A DNA stretch of 60,270 nt from positions 1 to 60,270 of the IMG/VR virus record IMGVR_UViG_3300021494_000019; one strand, written 5' to 3'. The position numbers and the translations under genes are program-made. The DNA comes from a virus (taxonomy: Duplodnaviria; Caudoviricetes). Shown one piece after another: positions 1 through 8,420 of this stretch (its first letter is position 1; each line of letters begins with the position of its first letter). Under the pieces are notes generated by a model. That model saw nothing but the letters and a program-made list of their open reading frames with translations. It did no database searches and was not told where the DNA came from.

Positions 1-19
1 TCTTCATAGCCCTCACTTC

Positions 20-202
20 ATCTCTCGTAATTCCGACACCGTCCGACCGCTCCCACCCCGTAGAATTGTGTAGAATTGATAGGTTATTGATTTTATTGGC
101 AATTTTAACCACGGTTTTCACGCCGAAAAATAACCTAAGAATTTCAAACACTTACCCAGCCAAAATTCCACAAAGGTTGTAGAATTGATAAGTTACTGAA
201 AT
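20..202. repeat. Left arm of degenerate, gapless inverted repeat (partner 59997-60179)
   Basis: Position x aligns to the complement of 60199-x without gaps; hand count 42/60 and 43/60 identities in two 60-bp blocks; GTAATTCCG and GTAGAATTG motifs preserved. Confidence 0.85.
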
Positions 203-599
203 TATTGACAATTCCCAAATTTGCCCTTCCGCATCCCATCAATCATGCTACCATGCACCCAAACGCGAACGTCTAAAGGCGAAATGCTGAAAGACGAACA
301 CCTGAGAATAATGACTCGATAGCGAACAACTTATTCAGAACAAACTATCCACGATCAACTAACAGCCAAAGCGGCCTAAAGCTGACAACTAAACGCTTAC
401 AGGCGAAGCCGTCCTGGGCCAACGCATCTAAACTAGAAAACTATCCAAGAACGACTCAGCCAAAGGTTGAATAGCTAAAGACTAAGCCGCTAAGAACTAA
501 GGCCATCGGGAGGAAAGAGTCATCTAAAGGACAGAATTTTCAATGATTTTAAGTACTTAGCCGAGGCCGCCCGAAACAAGAAAAATTTACTTTGGCCAC

Positions 600-612
600 T
601 AACTACTTGATT
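600..612. promoter_or_regulatory. IHF-consensus site (TAACTACTTGATT)
   Basis: Exact match to YAANNNNTTGATW; near-matches at 80-92, 142-154, 189-201, 59769-59781, 59998-60010. Confidence 0.55.
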
Positions 613-640
613 TTATTGACAAAATTCATTAAAAAATTCC

Positions 641-669
641 TTGACAAAAAATTCCCTTTGTGCTATACT
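641..669 (+). promoter_or_regulatory. Strong sigma70-type early promoter
   Basis: TTGACA-17 bp-TATACT with extended -10 TG and an A/T-rich upstream region. Confidence 0.85.
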
Positions 670-675
670 TATTAC

Positions 676-1125
676 AATGGAAGATGCCAAAATTAAGGCA
701 TCCCAGACAGTTCTCAGGCTGGCGTAACGCAGGCCGGAAAGGAGTTCAGGATACCAAGGAAAATCAGATAAGGGTGAAGAAAGCGGACAGATACTTCTGC
801 TAGTAACCCACATCTAACAGTCCAATCCTGAACGAATTTCTAAACTGTCTTGTTCTTTGACAAAAACGAACACAGCCAAAACGGGCTAAGAACAAGCCGC
901 CACAGGTTTTAGCTGCATCTCAGGGTTTCGGCGGTGCACCCTTGACGCCCAGGCTGGTTGTTAGTAGTCATGAGAATTGCGAAGTATAGTAGCGTTCTCA
1001 GATAGGCAGTTTGTCATTGCGGTAACAATGTCAAGCTGGTTATCTTAGCATATATAGTTTCCTTGCGGATTGGAAGGCCATACGGCCTTCCTTTCTGGAG
1101 GGAATCTGTATCCGAAAGATTCACT
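676..1125 (+). ncRNA. Candidate structured leader RNA / ncRNA
   Basis: No credible ORF between promoter and first SD; nested helices AGACAGTT/AACTGTCT, GTTCAGGAT/ATCCTGAAC, CTTGTTCTT/AAGAACAAG, GGAAGGCC/GGCCTTCC and others. Confidence 0.55.
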
Positions 1126-1153
1126 CTTCTAAAATAAAAGACAGGAGGAGAAA

Positions 1154-1390
1154 ATGACTATCAAAGACGCATTACAGGAAAGAGCCTACAGGCTAAAAGC
1201 CCTCAGCAGTGATTTAAAAACTGCAGAAAAAATTGAAAATCCAGAAGACGTTGCTCTCTTAAAAGGAGCTCTTGAGGGATTGTTAGTGACATTGTTAGAC
1301 GACATCCGCTTTGAGTACTATTCTACAGAAAAGCCTATCCAATTTATACAACAGCTGCTGGACTTAAGAGTCCGAGGTTTAGGAGAATGA
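1154..1390 (+). CDS. hypothetical early protein
   Basis: AGGAGG SD; first gene of + strand operon. Confidence 0.75.
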   Translation: MTIKDALQERAYRLKALSSDLKTAEKIENPEDVALLKGALEGLLVTLLDDIRFEYYSTEKPIQFIQQLLDLRVRGLGE

Positions 1391-1677
1391 AAATGACGCC
1401 AGAAGAAAACTACCGCAGCTATTTAACTAATCTTTTCAAAAACATAGAAGCCTGGAATTTAGATGAACTCTTAGAAACTCTAAAAGAGGCCAGCAGAGAA
1501 AACAAGCTGGTTTTCTTAGAAGCAGAGACTTTAGAAGACGAAGACGGCAATATCTGGAACTACGAAGTAGTCTGCGATGTTCTATCTCCAGAAGAGTACC
1601 GCTTTTATCTAAACTCAGGAGGGGTGAATAAATATCAAAATGCTTCAATAGCTTTAGAAGTCTTAAGAGAATGTTAA
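1387..1677 (+). CDS. hypothetical early protein (acidic)
   Basis: AGGAG SD, ATGA overlap with upstream stop. Confidence 0.75.
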   Translation: MKMTPEENYRSYLTNLFKNIEAWNLDELLETLKEASRENKLVFLEAETLEDEDGNIWNYEVVCDVLSPEEYRFYLNSGGVNKYQNASIALEVLREC

Positions 1678-1692
1678 GACAGGAGGAAGAAA

Positions 1693-1977
1693 ATGCAACA
1701 ACGAATTATTTATGACTTGACCGAGGATGAGAGTCAGGAAGTCATCTTTAACCCCGTCAAGGCAAAAACTGGCACATACCAATTAGAGTGCTGGTTTGGC
1801 GAAACACACCTTGGCTATCTTGACGTAGAGATGGGAGATGCTGGCCTCGGCATAACAGCTGGCAATTGCTGTATAGGCGACAACCTGTTAGCCGTTCTGC
1901 AACGGGCGGCAGATTTCATGGCTACCCGAAAAGGAAAGTTGATTGATAAGGATGTGTTACTATTCGATGCAGAATAG
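1693..1977 (+). CDS. hypothetical early protein
   Basis: AGGAGG SD. Confidence 0.75.
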   Translation: MQQRIIYDLTEDESQEVIFNPVKAKTGTYQLECWFGETHLGYLDVEMGDAGLGITAGNCCIGDNLLAVLQRAADFMATRKGKLIDKDVLLFDAE

Positions 1978-1987
1978 GAGGATAAAA

Positions 1988-2266
1988 ATGTCAGACAATG
2001 CACTTCTCATTGACGAAAAAGTGCTCATCGAGTTAACAGACGATGAGCGTAGAGAAATCATGAAAGCTCTTTCACAGGAAGATAAAGAACAGAATAGACC
2101 AGTCACCATTCCGAATAGCTACTCGCTGTTTGAAGACATATCTTCTATGGACTACAGCGAATATCATGACTATCCAAATAGCGATGGCGTGATAGACTAT
2201 CTACAAGATAGCGAAGCCGTAGCAGACTTCCCTGACCTCGTGGACTTGTTTGCTAAGGAGCTTTAA
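1988..2266 (+). CDS. hypothetical acidic protein
   Basis: AGGAGG SD before ATG 1988 (MSDN...); very D/E-rich. Confidence 0.75.
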   Translation: MSDNALLIDEKVLIELTDDERREIMKALSQEDKEQNRPVTIPNSYSLFEDISSMDYSEYHDYPNSDGVIDYLQDSEAVADFPDLVDLFAKEL

Positions 2267-2268
2267 TC

Positions 2269-2478
2269 ATGACCAAACAATGGTTAGGTAAACCACCTGC
2301 TAAATGTGACCTATGTGAAAGCCTCATCGAAGACACCTTTGTTGATGGCAAAACACAATTCGGCTATTGGGCCTACATGTGTCCAATCTGTCATAGCACA
2401 TACGGTCGTGGTTTAGGTACAGGGTTTGGCCAAAAATACCAAAAGACTCCCCAAGGCTGGATTAAGTTAGATGGCTAA
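2269..2478 (+). CDS. small Zn-finger-like phage protein
   Basis: CxxC...CxxC, 'FVDGKTQFGYWAYMC...GRGLGTGFGQKY'; SD. Confidence 0.8.
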   Translation: MTKQWLGKPPAKCDLCESLIEDTFVDGKTQFGYWAYMCPICHSTYGRGLGTGFGQKYQKTPQGWIKLDG

Positions 2479-2503
2479 CAATCCAGCTCCTCGCTTTTAC
2501 CTA

Positions 2504-2578
2504 CACCGAGCCTATCCTCGGTGCCGCTAATGCGGCCTCCTGTCTGCTAACCAGCTTGGACGGATAGGCGTCCAAGCT
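2504..2578 (+). ncRNA. Three-hairpin intergenic RNA element with complementary loops
   Basis: CACCGAG/CTCGGTG (loop CCTATC), GCCGC/GCGGC (loop TAAT), AGCTTGGAC/GTCCAAGCT (loop GGATAGGC). Confidence 0.5.
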
Positions 2579-2599
2579 AACCAATAAATAGGAGGAGAA

Positions 2600-2830
2600 A
2601 TGAAAAGAATAGTCGTTTCACCGCATGAAACAGCAGATTATTTAGAGCTATTTAAGATATTAAAATTCCAAAATGGCCTAATCAAAGCCGTCAGACCAAT
2701 CGGATATATTGAAAATAAAGATATTCCTCATGTTCCATTGGGATATGTTACTTCCGCTGTACCAGCACCTAAAGCGAATAACGATATAACCCTAAACGTC
2801 TATGACAAAAACGACCTGGAGTCATTATAG
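2600..2830 (+). CDS. hypothetical protein
   Basis: AGGAGG SD. Confidence 0.7.
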   Translation: MKRIVVSPHETADYLELFKILKFQNGLIKAVRPIGYIENKDIPHVPLGYVTSAVPAPKANNDITLNVYDKNDLESL

Positions 2831-2839
2831 GAGAAAGCT

Positions 2840-3010
2840 ATGGACATAACACAAGTTTCCCCAGAAGAAAGAGCTATGCTGCTAAGCATGGAATATTATC
2901 CGAGTCAATCTCATGGGCAACTGAAGTTGCAGAAGTTGCTCATCACCATTATGACTTACCTGTTAGGCTTCACCAGCGGAATTCTTTATTTCTTAATTAA
3001 AACAGTATAA
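2840..3010 (+). CDS. small membrane protein (56 aa, not in ORF track)
   Basis: AGGAG SD; MDITQVSPEE...; C-terminal hydrophobic helix. Confidence 0.65.
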   Translation: MDITQVSPEERAMLLSMEYYPSQSHGQLKLQKLLITIMTYLLGFTSGILYFLIKTV

Positions 3011-3021
3011 AGGAGAAAGTC

Positions 3022-3189
3022 ATGAAAGAAGAACATTATGTTTACTGCTTCAAGAGCGAAATACCAGGAAGATATATTCATATGAAGCCGCAATCTCCAT
3101 GGGAGATCGAAATAGATGAAAGCGAATATGCCTATATAGACCGCATACGCTACGAAGCCGTCATGGAGAGACAAAACGATAGCAACTAA
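3022..3189 (+). CDS. hypothetical protein (55 aa, not in ORF track)
   Basis: AGGAG SD; MKEEHYVYCF... Confidence 0.65.
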   Translation: MKEEHYVYCFKSEIPGRYIHMKPQSPWEIEIDESEYAYIDRIRYEAVMERQNDSN

Positions 3190-3246
3190 CATGTCGGGAA
3201 TGACACAGGATTTATTCTATGTCATTCCCTTCTGTAAAACCTTTTC

Positions 3247-3270
3247 ACTATTTCGTTTTGACGAAATTAC
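3247..3270. promoter_or_regulatory. Degenerate copy of GTAATTTCG-N6-CGAAATTAC palindrome
   Basis: ACTATTTCG-TTTTGA-CGAAATTAC. Confidence 0.6.
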
Positions 3271-3271
3271 C

Positions 3272-3328
3272 AACATGTTTTTCATAGAGCTCAGATAGAC
3301 GCTATCTGAGTTCTGTGATAAACATGTT
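3272..3328 (+). other. Long intergenic hairpin (possible RNase III-type processing site)
   Basis: ~27-bp stem AACATGTTT.TCATAGAGCTCAGATAG / CTATCTGAGTTCTGTGA.AAACATGTT, no U-tract. Confidence 0.55.
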
Positions 3329-3366
3329 AATTAAGCATTAACCAAAAGACAGGAGGAAGTAAAAAC

Positions 3367-3798
3367 ATGCCACGAAAAAGGAGTCCTGCTTTTAAAGTAG
3401 TTGACAAAGAAACACGTAGAGGAACTAATCTGGCCCTTTGGAAGCGAAGAAGCGATAAGAAAGATATTGAATATCTTTTAAAGCTTTATGCAGATTTCTT
3501 CCCTGCGTATCTAAAAGATACGATAGTTCAGAAATTACCGAGAACAAAAGGTCTGTTCTTTTTTAAAGACATCTACTACGCCAAACGATTAATTCGGCGA
3601 TGTCACTTACCAGAAGATTCCCTAATGATTATCAAGGTTCAGCCCATCGGTAAAATAACACAGCCTAAGAAAATACTCAGTGGAATTGGTAGCTACGCCT
3701 ATGCTCTTCCTGCTTATTATCAAGGAATGACTTTAATGGATGAAGTTGCTCCGCCTAAAGGAACCTATGTTTGTAATTCTCTTAAAGTTTTAGAATAG
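3367..3798 (+). CDS. hypothetical protein, paralog family A copy 1
   Basis: Shares KVV..R.GTN, FP.Y.K, GLF.F, IIKV.P and VC..L.VLE with 3814 and 7281. Confidence 0.85.
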   Translation: MPRKRSPAFKVVDKETRRGTNLALWKRRSDKKDIEYLLKLYADFFPAYLKDTIVQKLPRTKGLFFFKDIYYAKRLIRRCHLPEDSLMIIKVQPIGKITQPKKILSGIGSYAYALPAYYQGMTLMDEVAPPKGTYVCNSLKVLE

Positions 3799-3813
3799 GA
3801 GGAAATAGCTACC

Positions 3814-4251
3814 ATGGCAGAAATTCCAGATATCGCCTACAAAGTCGTGCGTAAATGGAAAAGATACGGAACCAACTTAACTATTTACGAAAGCCTGGCA
3901 AGCAAACAGGCACAAGTTAAAAAACTACTAAAAGAACATAGTAACCTTTTCCCGACTTATCACAAAGGAGCTACAGTACATAAAGCTTCTGAAACCGAAG
4001 GTCTGTTTGTCTTTTTAGAAAAAAGACACGCAGAAGAATTTATAGAATGGGAGTTGCCCCATCTTCGTGTAAAAATCATCAAGGTAAAACCTCTATCTAA
4101 AGTACGTAAGCCTAAAAAGGTCTGCAGTCATAACGGAAACATACTGCACCAGTTAGTAAACTGGTATAAACATGCAGACCTTCACACCTTAAATATTAGC
4201 AATGCTCCTTATGGTAGCTATGTCTGCGACTCCCTTCTTGTTTTAGAATAG
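3814..4251 (+). CDS. hypothetical protein, paralog family A copy 2
   Basis: Same motifs; AGGAGG SD. Confidence 0.85.
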   Translation: MAEIPDIAYKVVRKWKRYGTNLTIYESLASKQAQVKKLLKEHSNLFPTYHKGATVHKASETEGLFVFLEKRHAEEFIEWELPHLRVKIIKVKPLSKVRKPKKVCSHNGNILHQLVNWYKHADLHTLNISNAPYGSYVCDSLLVLE

Positions 4252-4262
4252 GAGATTAGATT

Positions 4263-4529
4263 ATGGTGATTATCAAAAATCATCAAACTGACGAAGCGGT
4301 CATGCTCCTGGGAGTCTGGGCGAATGATGTTGCCTCTCCCAGGAAGCTATATTTTTATGGCCATGTCGAAAGATTCCCCAAAAAGCTGATAGATAACTCA
4401 TCTTTAAAACCAATAGGTCGAGGATACTCTATCAGCCTTTTAACTAAACAACATAGAGATTGGGCCATCGTAAATATGAAAACATGGAAAGCAACTTCTC
4501 AAGACAATAAACGCAGAGTTTATGTTTAG
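4263..4529 (+). CDS. hypothetical protein
   Basis: SD, operon context. Confidence 0.7.
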   Translation: MVIIKNHQTDEAVMLLGVWANDVASPRKLYFYGHVERFPKKLIDNSSLKPIGRGYSISLLTKQHRDWAIVNMKTWKATSQDNKRRVYV

Positions 4530-4540
4530 GAGGCTAAAAA

Positions 4541-4792
4541 ATGTCAGAAAAATTATTAGGCTATAACTTTCCACAAAAGCCCAGGTATGTTTGGCCTTGC
4601 ATGAAATGTAAATATCTATTTACAGTCGAGGCAGTTTTTAAAAATCATATAGACTATACAGATGTTTACGAATCCTGCACGATAGGCTATATATTCGTAA
4701 ACTCTGAAGAACCAGGCGATTATCATTCAAGTGTAACTATGAAACTTTTAGCTGCAACATATGTAGCTAAGATGAAAAACTTCAAAACGTGA
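4541..4792 (+). CDS. hypothetical protein
   Basis: AGGAGG SD. Confidence 0.7.
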   Translation: MSEKLLGYNFPQKPRYVWPCMKCKYLFTVEAVFKNHIDYTDVYESCTIGYIFVNSEEPGDYHSSVTMKLLAATYVAKMKNFKT

Positions 4793-4802
4793 GGTTTCTC
4801 CT

Positions 4803-5672
4803 ATGACAACAAAAGAATGGTATACTTATGAAGGCTCAAAAAGAGCTGGAATAATGTTAGCTGTTCCATTCGAGCAGAAAAGAATGGAACGATGGAATCC
4901 CCCATATCTGGTTCAACCAAAGCTTGATGGCGAACGCTGTCGAGCGGTTATAACGGATAACAACCCCATTCTCTACACAAGCGAAGTCAACGAATTCGTA
5001 AGCGTGCCGCATATTAACATGGAACTAAAATCTTATAACCTTGGCGACATCGAACTCGATGGCGAGCTATATGTTCACGGCATGGATTTTAACGATATAC
5101 ATAGCATCGTATCACGGACGACTAACCTACATCCAGACTTTGAAGACATAGAATATCACATATTCGATATCGTATCTGACAAACCTCAGCTACAGAGATT
5201 ACTAGACCTGCAATCTCTAAAGGAGTACATCGGTTATTCAGACAATATTAAGATAGTGGACTGTTATCTAATAGACACTTTCGATGAACTCATGCAGCTC
5301 TACAACCAATTTCGCCAATTAGGTTATGAGGGTTTCATCATCCGAAACGTTGACATGCCCTATGTTCGCAAGCGGCTGTCGAATTATATGATGAAATACA
5401 AACCTAAAAAGAGAGATATCTATCCAATAATCTCCTGGAAAGAAGAAAAAGATAAATATGGCAGTCCTAAAGGCCGCATGGGCGCCTTAGTCTGCACCAG
5501 CGATGAAGGTACTGTGTTCAGTGTAGGATCAGGAATGACAGACGAAGACAGAAACTATCTTTGGAAAATCCGAGATAGCCTACCCGGTAAGAGAGTTTTA
5601 GTATCCTATCAACACGTCTTTCCAAAAACTAAAGCACCACGCTTTGGTACATTTTTAAAAATTATGCCTTAG
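4803..5672 (+). CDS. lig: ATP-dependent DNA ligase
   Basis: Motif I KLDGER, LDGELY, FDI, EGFIIR, K-x-K, C-terminal OB fold (VGSG...PRF). Confidence 0.93.
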   Translation: MTTKEWYTYEGSKRAGIMLAVPFEQKRMERWNPPYLVQPKLDGERCRAVITDNNPILYTSEVNEFVSVPHINMELKSYNLGDIELDGELYVHGMDFNDIHSIVSRTTNLHPDFEDIEYHIFDIVSDKPQLQRLLDLQSLKEYIGYSDNIKIVDCYLIDTFDELMQLYNQFRQLGYEGFIIRNVDMPYVRKRLSNYMMKYKPKKRDIYPIISWKEEKDKYGSPKGRMGALVCTSDEGTVFSVGSGMTDEDRNYLWKIRDSLPGKRVLVSYQHVFPKTKAPRFGTFLKIMP

Positions 5673-5684
5673 AGGAGATTAGCT

Positions 5685-5957
5685 ATGGCTAAAGTGATAA
5701 AGCTTCAAACGATTACGCTTGAACAAAGAGAACTTGTTCAAAAAGTAGAAAAAGCTATAAGAGAAGAAAGACAAATCTTAAAAAATCTAAGAGATAAACT
5801 AACAGAACTCGATGATGAATCTGCTACAGACTTCGCAAACGAAGTCTACACGCTTTTGGTAATTAGAAGATGCTGTCTTCTCATGAAGGTCGCTAAGCAT
5901 CTCAACTACATGGGCACCGTAAGATTATATGAACATTTAATTAGTATGTTTGATTAA
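5685..5957 (+). CDS. hypothetical coiled-coil protein
   Basis: AGGAG SD. Confidence 0.7.
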   Translation: MAKVIKLQTITLEQRELVQKVEKAIREERQILKNLRDKLTELDDESATDFANEVYTLLVIRRCCLLMKVAKHLNYMGTVRLYEHLISMFD

Positions 5958-5968
5958 GGAGGCTAAAA

Positions 5969-6607
5969 ATGACTCCTGCAAAAGACCTTTTCAAGACAAT
6001 GTTTCGGGCTGAGGAAGTTTTATCTTGGCCGATAGATCCAAAGTCCAAATACTATCACAAACCCGATTCAGACTTTCAAATCTTTATCGGAAGTCCACAT
6101 CTTATTAAAGAGAATGTTTGGCTCGGTGATAGAGTTTTTATCGGTCCAAGCACTCTTATCAACAGCAACGTAGTAATTCAAAAAGATGTTTTTATCGGCC
6201 CTTATACAACAATCGAATCTAACATCACTATCGAAAAATATGCACGTATTGGTTCTTTTTGCCGCATAGCAGCCAATAGTCTAATTGGCCGTGATGCTCG
6301 GGTAGAAAACAGCGTAATACTAGGGCGCAATTTCACTTTAGCTCCTGAGAAAGACATACCAAGCGGAATTCTGTTAGATAGTAATCTCAAGCTACAATGC
6401 TCTCTGCCGGTGATTTACGGATCAAAGCACGCTGTCTATTGGCGTAGCAAAACAAGATTGGCGATAGGCTGTGATGCCTATCCTATTGACTTTTGGCTTG
6501 AAAAGTATAGAAAGATGGGAGAGATCGCTGGCTATAGCGAAAAGGAGATAGAGGAATATTATGAGTACATAAAGTTAATGATAAAACTTGGTCAACCATT
6601 CAACTAA
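5969..6607 (+). CDS. hexapeptide-repeat (left-handed beta-helix) protein, copy 1
   Basis: Repeated [LIV]-G-x-x-x-x hexapeptides; C-terminal IGC...W...EY domain. Confidence 0.85.
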   Translation: MTPAKDLFKTMFRAEEVLSWPIDPKSKYYHKPDSDFQIFIGSPHLIKENVWLGDRVFIGPSTLINSNVVIQKDVFIGPYTTIESNITIEKYARIGSFCRIAANSLIGRDARVENSVILGRNFTLAPEKDIPSGILLDSNLKLQCSLPVIYGSKHAVYWRSKTRLAIGCDAYPIDFWLEKYRKMGEIAGYSEKEIEEYYEYIKLMIKLGQPFN

Positions 6608-6624
6608 CTTTAAGGAGGATTTAA

Positions 6625-7263
6625 ATGTCCTTAACAAAAGTTCTATCACGACCTAAATATCCACTGGAAGAAGTCCTATCTTGGCCAATCGATCCAGAAG
6701 ACAAATATTATCATGAACCAGGCACGGATGTAAAAATTTTCATAGGCAATCCAAAGCTAATAGGTAAAAATGTTTTTCTTGGTGATCGTGTCAAAATAGG
6801 CCATAGAACAGAAATAGACGATAATGTTTGGATACAATCCAAAGCAAGTATTGGTTCAAAAACATATATCGGAACGCATTCTACAATAGGAGAATATGTT
6901 CGCATCGGTGATTTATGTTTCTTGTCTCGAAATACAACTATTGAAAATCTTGCTACAGTAAGTTCAAGAGTTTATTTAGGACCACATTTCACACTCGCTT
7001 CAGAGCAAATTGTAGAGCCTAACGTTGATTTGGCTGGTTATCAAAAGATGGTTCGTTCTATGCCCATAATTCGAGGCTCTCAACACGAAGTATTTTGGTA
7101 TGATAAACGGATGTTGACGATAGGCTGCATTCGCTTATCCATAGAAGATTGGCTACAAAAATACGAAGAGCTGGGCAAAAAACACAAATACACTGAAGTG
7201 CAGATACAAGAATATCTTAGCTACATAAAAGCCATGAAAAGCATTGGTCCTCCATTCAAATAA
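6625..7263 (+). CDS. hexapeptide-repeat protein, copy 2
   Basis: Same length (212 aa); shares EEVLSWPIDP, KYYH, LGDRV, IGC and GxPF with 5969. Confidence 0.85.
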   Translation: MSLTKVLSRPKYPLEEVLSWPIDPEDKYYHEPGTDVKIFIGNPKLIGKNVFLGDRVKIGHRTEIDDNVWIQSKASIGSKTYIGTHSTIGEYVRIGDLCFLSRNTTIENLATVSSRVYLGPHFTLASEQIVEPNVDLAGYQKMVRSMPIIRGSQHEVFWYDKRMLTIGCIRLSIEDWLQKYEELGKKHKYTEVQIQEYLSYIKAMKSIGPPFK

Positions 7264-7280
7264 CTAAAAGGAGATTTGAC

Positions 7281-7700
7281 ATGGAAAAGATTGTCTATAA
7301 AGTAGTCGATCCAAAAACCCGTTATGGAACTAATGTTATCTTGGCAAAAAGAAACTGCGATGGTTATACTCTTCAAAGATTGCTAAACGCTTATCCTGAA
7401 TACTTTCCGCAGTATCACAAAGAAGTCATCGTTGAGAAAGCTCCTGAAACTGAAGGATTATTTGTTTTTCCTGAAAAAGAACATGCAGAAAACTTCGTCT
7501 TTGCTGAACTTCACGATTTACCTGTTAAAATTATCAGAGTGCAACCCTTAGCTGAACTAAAACAACCTAAAAAAGTTTTTGCTCAATTTGGAGCAAGACC
7601 ATGGGAACTTCCTCGCATGCGTAATTTTCGCAATCTATTAGTTCTCAGATCCGCTCCTGCCGGATCAAAAGTTTGCAACAAACTAAAAGTTCTTGAATAG
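7281..7700 (+). CDS. hypothetical protein, paralog family A copy 3
   Basis: Same motifs as 3367/3814. Confidence 0.85.
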   Translation: MEKIVYKVVDPKTRYGTNVILAKRNCDGYTLQRLLNAYPEYFPQYHKEVIVEKAPETEGLFVFPEKEHAENFVFAELHDLPVKIIRVQPLAELKQPKKVFAQFGARPWELPRMRNFRNLLVLRSAPAGSKVCNKLKVLE

Positions 7701-7712
7701 GAGGTTTAAACT

Positions 7713-7910
7713 ATGACAAAAAGAACAGAAGAACTTATTTTTAATGCCGAGAAGAAACACAGCATTCGCTATGATGCCAAGTCTCCCCACGACGACGAAA
7801 CCTGCATTAAAAGCATTTACATCACTCGCTCCGGCCTGAAAGCCTTAACTAAAACTACGTCTTACCCAGGCACACTAAAACTTACTATTGAGTTTGACGA
7901 TCTTGGCTAA
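7713..7910 (+). CDS. hypothetical protein
   Basis: AGGAGGT SD. Confidence 0.75.
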   Translation: MTKRTEELIFNAEKKHSIRYDAKSPHDDETCIKSIYITRSGLKALTKTTSYPGTLKLTIEFDDLG

Positions 7911-7921
7911 AGGAGACGCTT

Positions 7922-8410
7922 ATGCTTAATGCAAAAATTTTTGAAGAAAGAGTTTCCGCTGCACAAAGACAATATGAGCAAAGACTCAAAGAGATAGAAA
8001 ATGAAGAGCGTATTTTGAGTATTCTAAAAACCTTACCATTTATCGACTCTCCTGAAATCGAAGTTTATGTTTACTTCTACGGTTGGCGTGTTGTTATTGA
8101 TGTTTCAAAATCTCGAGAAGCAGAAGATAAGATTTTAGATATTGCTGATGTAATTGAACAAATTGCAGGGCCGCTTCATAGAGAATTAAACATCGACTGG
8201 AAACTCTTGCCTGAAGGTTCTGGATTAGTTTCCCTTCTGTCTGATAACTTTTCTGATTGGCAAGATATTAAGATACGAATCAACCTGGATCAACGAGACC
8301 AAAATGTCTGTCACATTGAGAAAAAACTTATCAGGCAAAAAACTGATGAAGAACTCGAAAGAGAAAGATGTGAATATCAATTCTTTATAAAATGTGACGA
8401 AGCTGCTTAG
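7922..8410 (+). CDS. hypothetical protein
   Basis: AGGAG SD. Confidence 0.75.
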   Translation: MLNAKIFEERVSAAQRQYEQRLKEIENEERILSILKTLPFIDSPEIEVYVYFYGWRVVIDVSKSREAEDKILDIADVIEQIAGPLHRELNIDWKLLPEGSGLVSLLSDNFSDWQDIKIRINLDQRDQNVCHIEKKLIRQKTDEELERERCEYQFFIKCDEAA

Positions 8411-8420
8411 TAATTTAGCT

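Noticed and set aside
1-11. Match TCTTCATAGCC to 52361 as att site or terminal repeat
   Set aside because: Only 11 bp with no extension; no integrase recognised
613-813. Minus-strand ORF and other short antisense or nested ORFs in the track
   Set aside because: They overlap a promoter, RNA or well-supported genes and lack SD or recognisable motifs
2483-2540. HDV-like ribozyme (TCCTCGC ... GCTAA)
   Set aside because: Could not build P1, P3 and P1.1 pairings consistently
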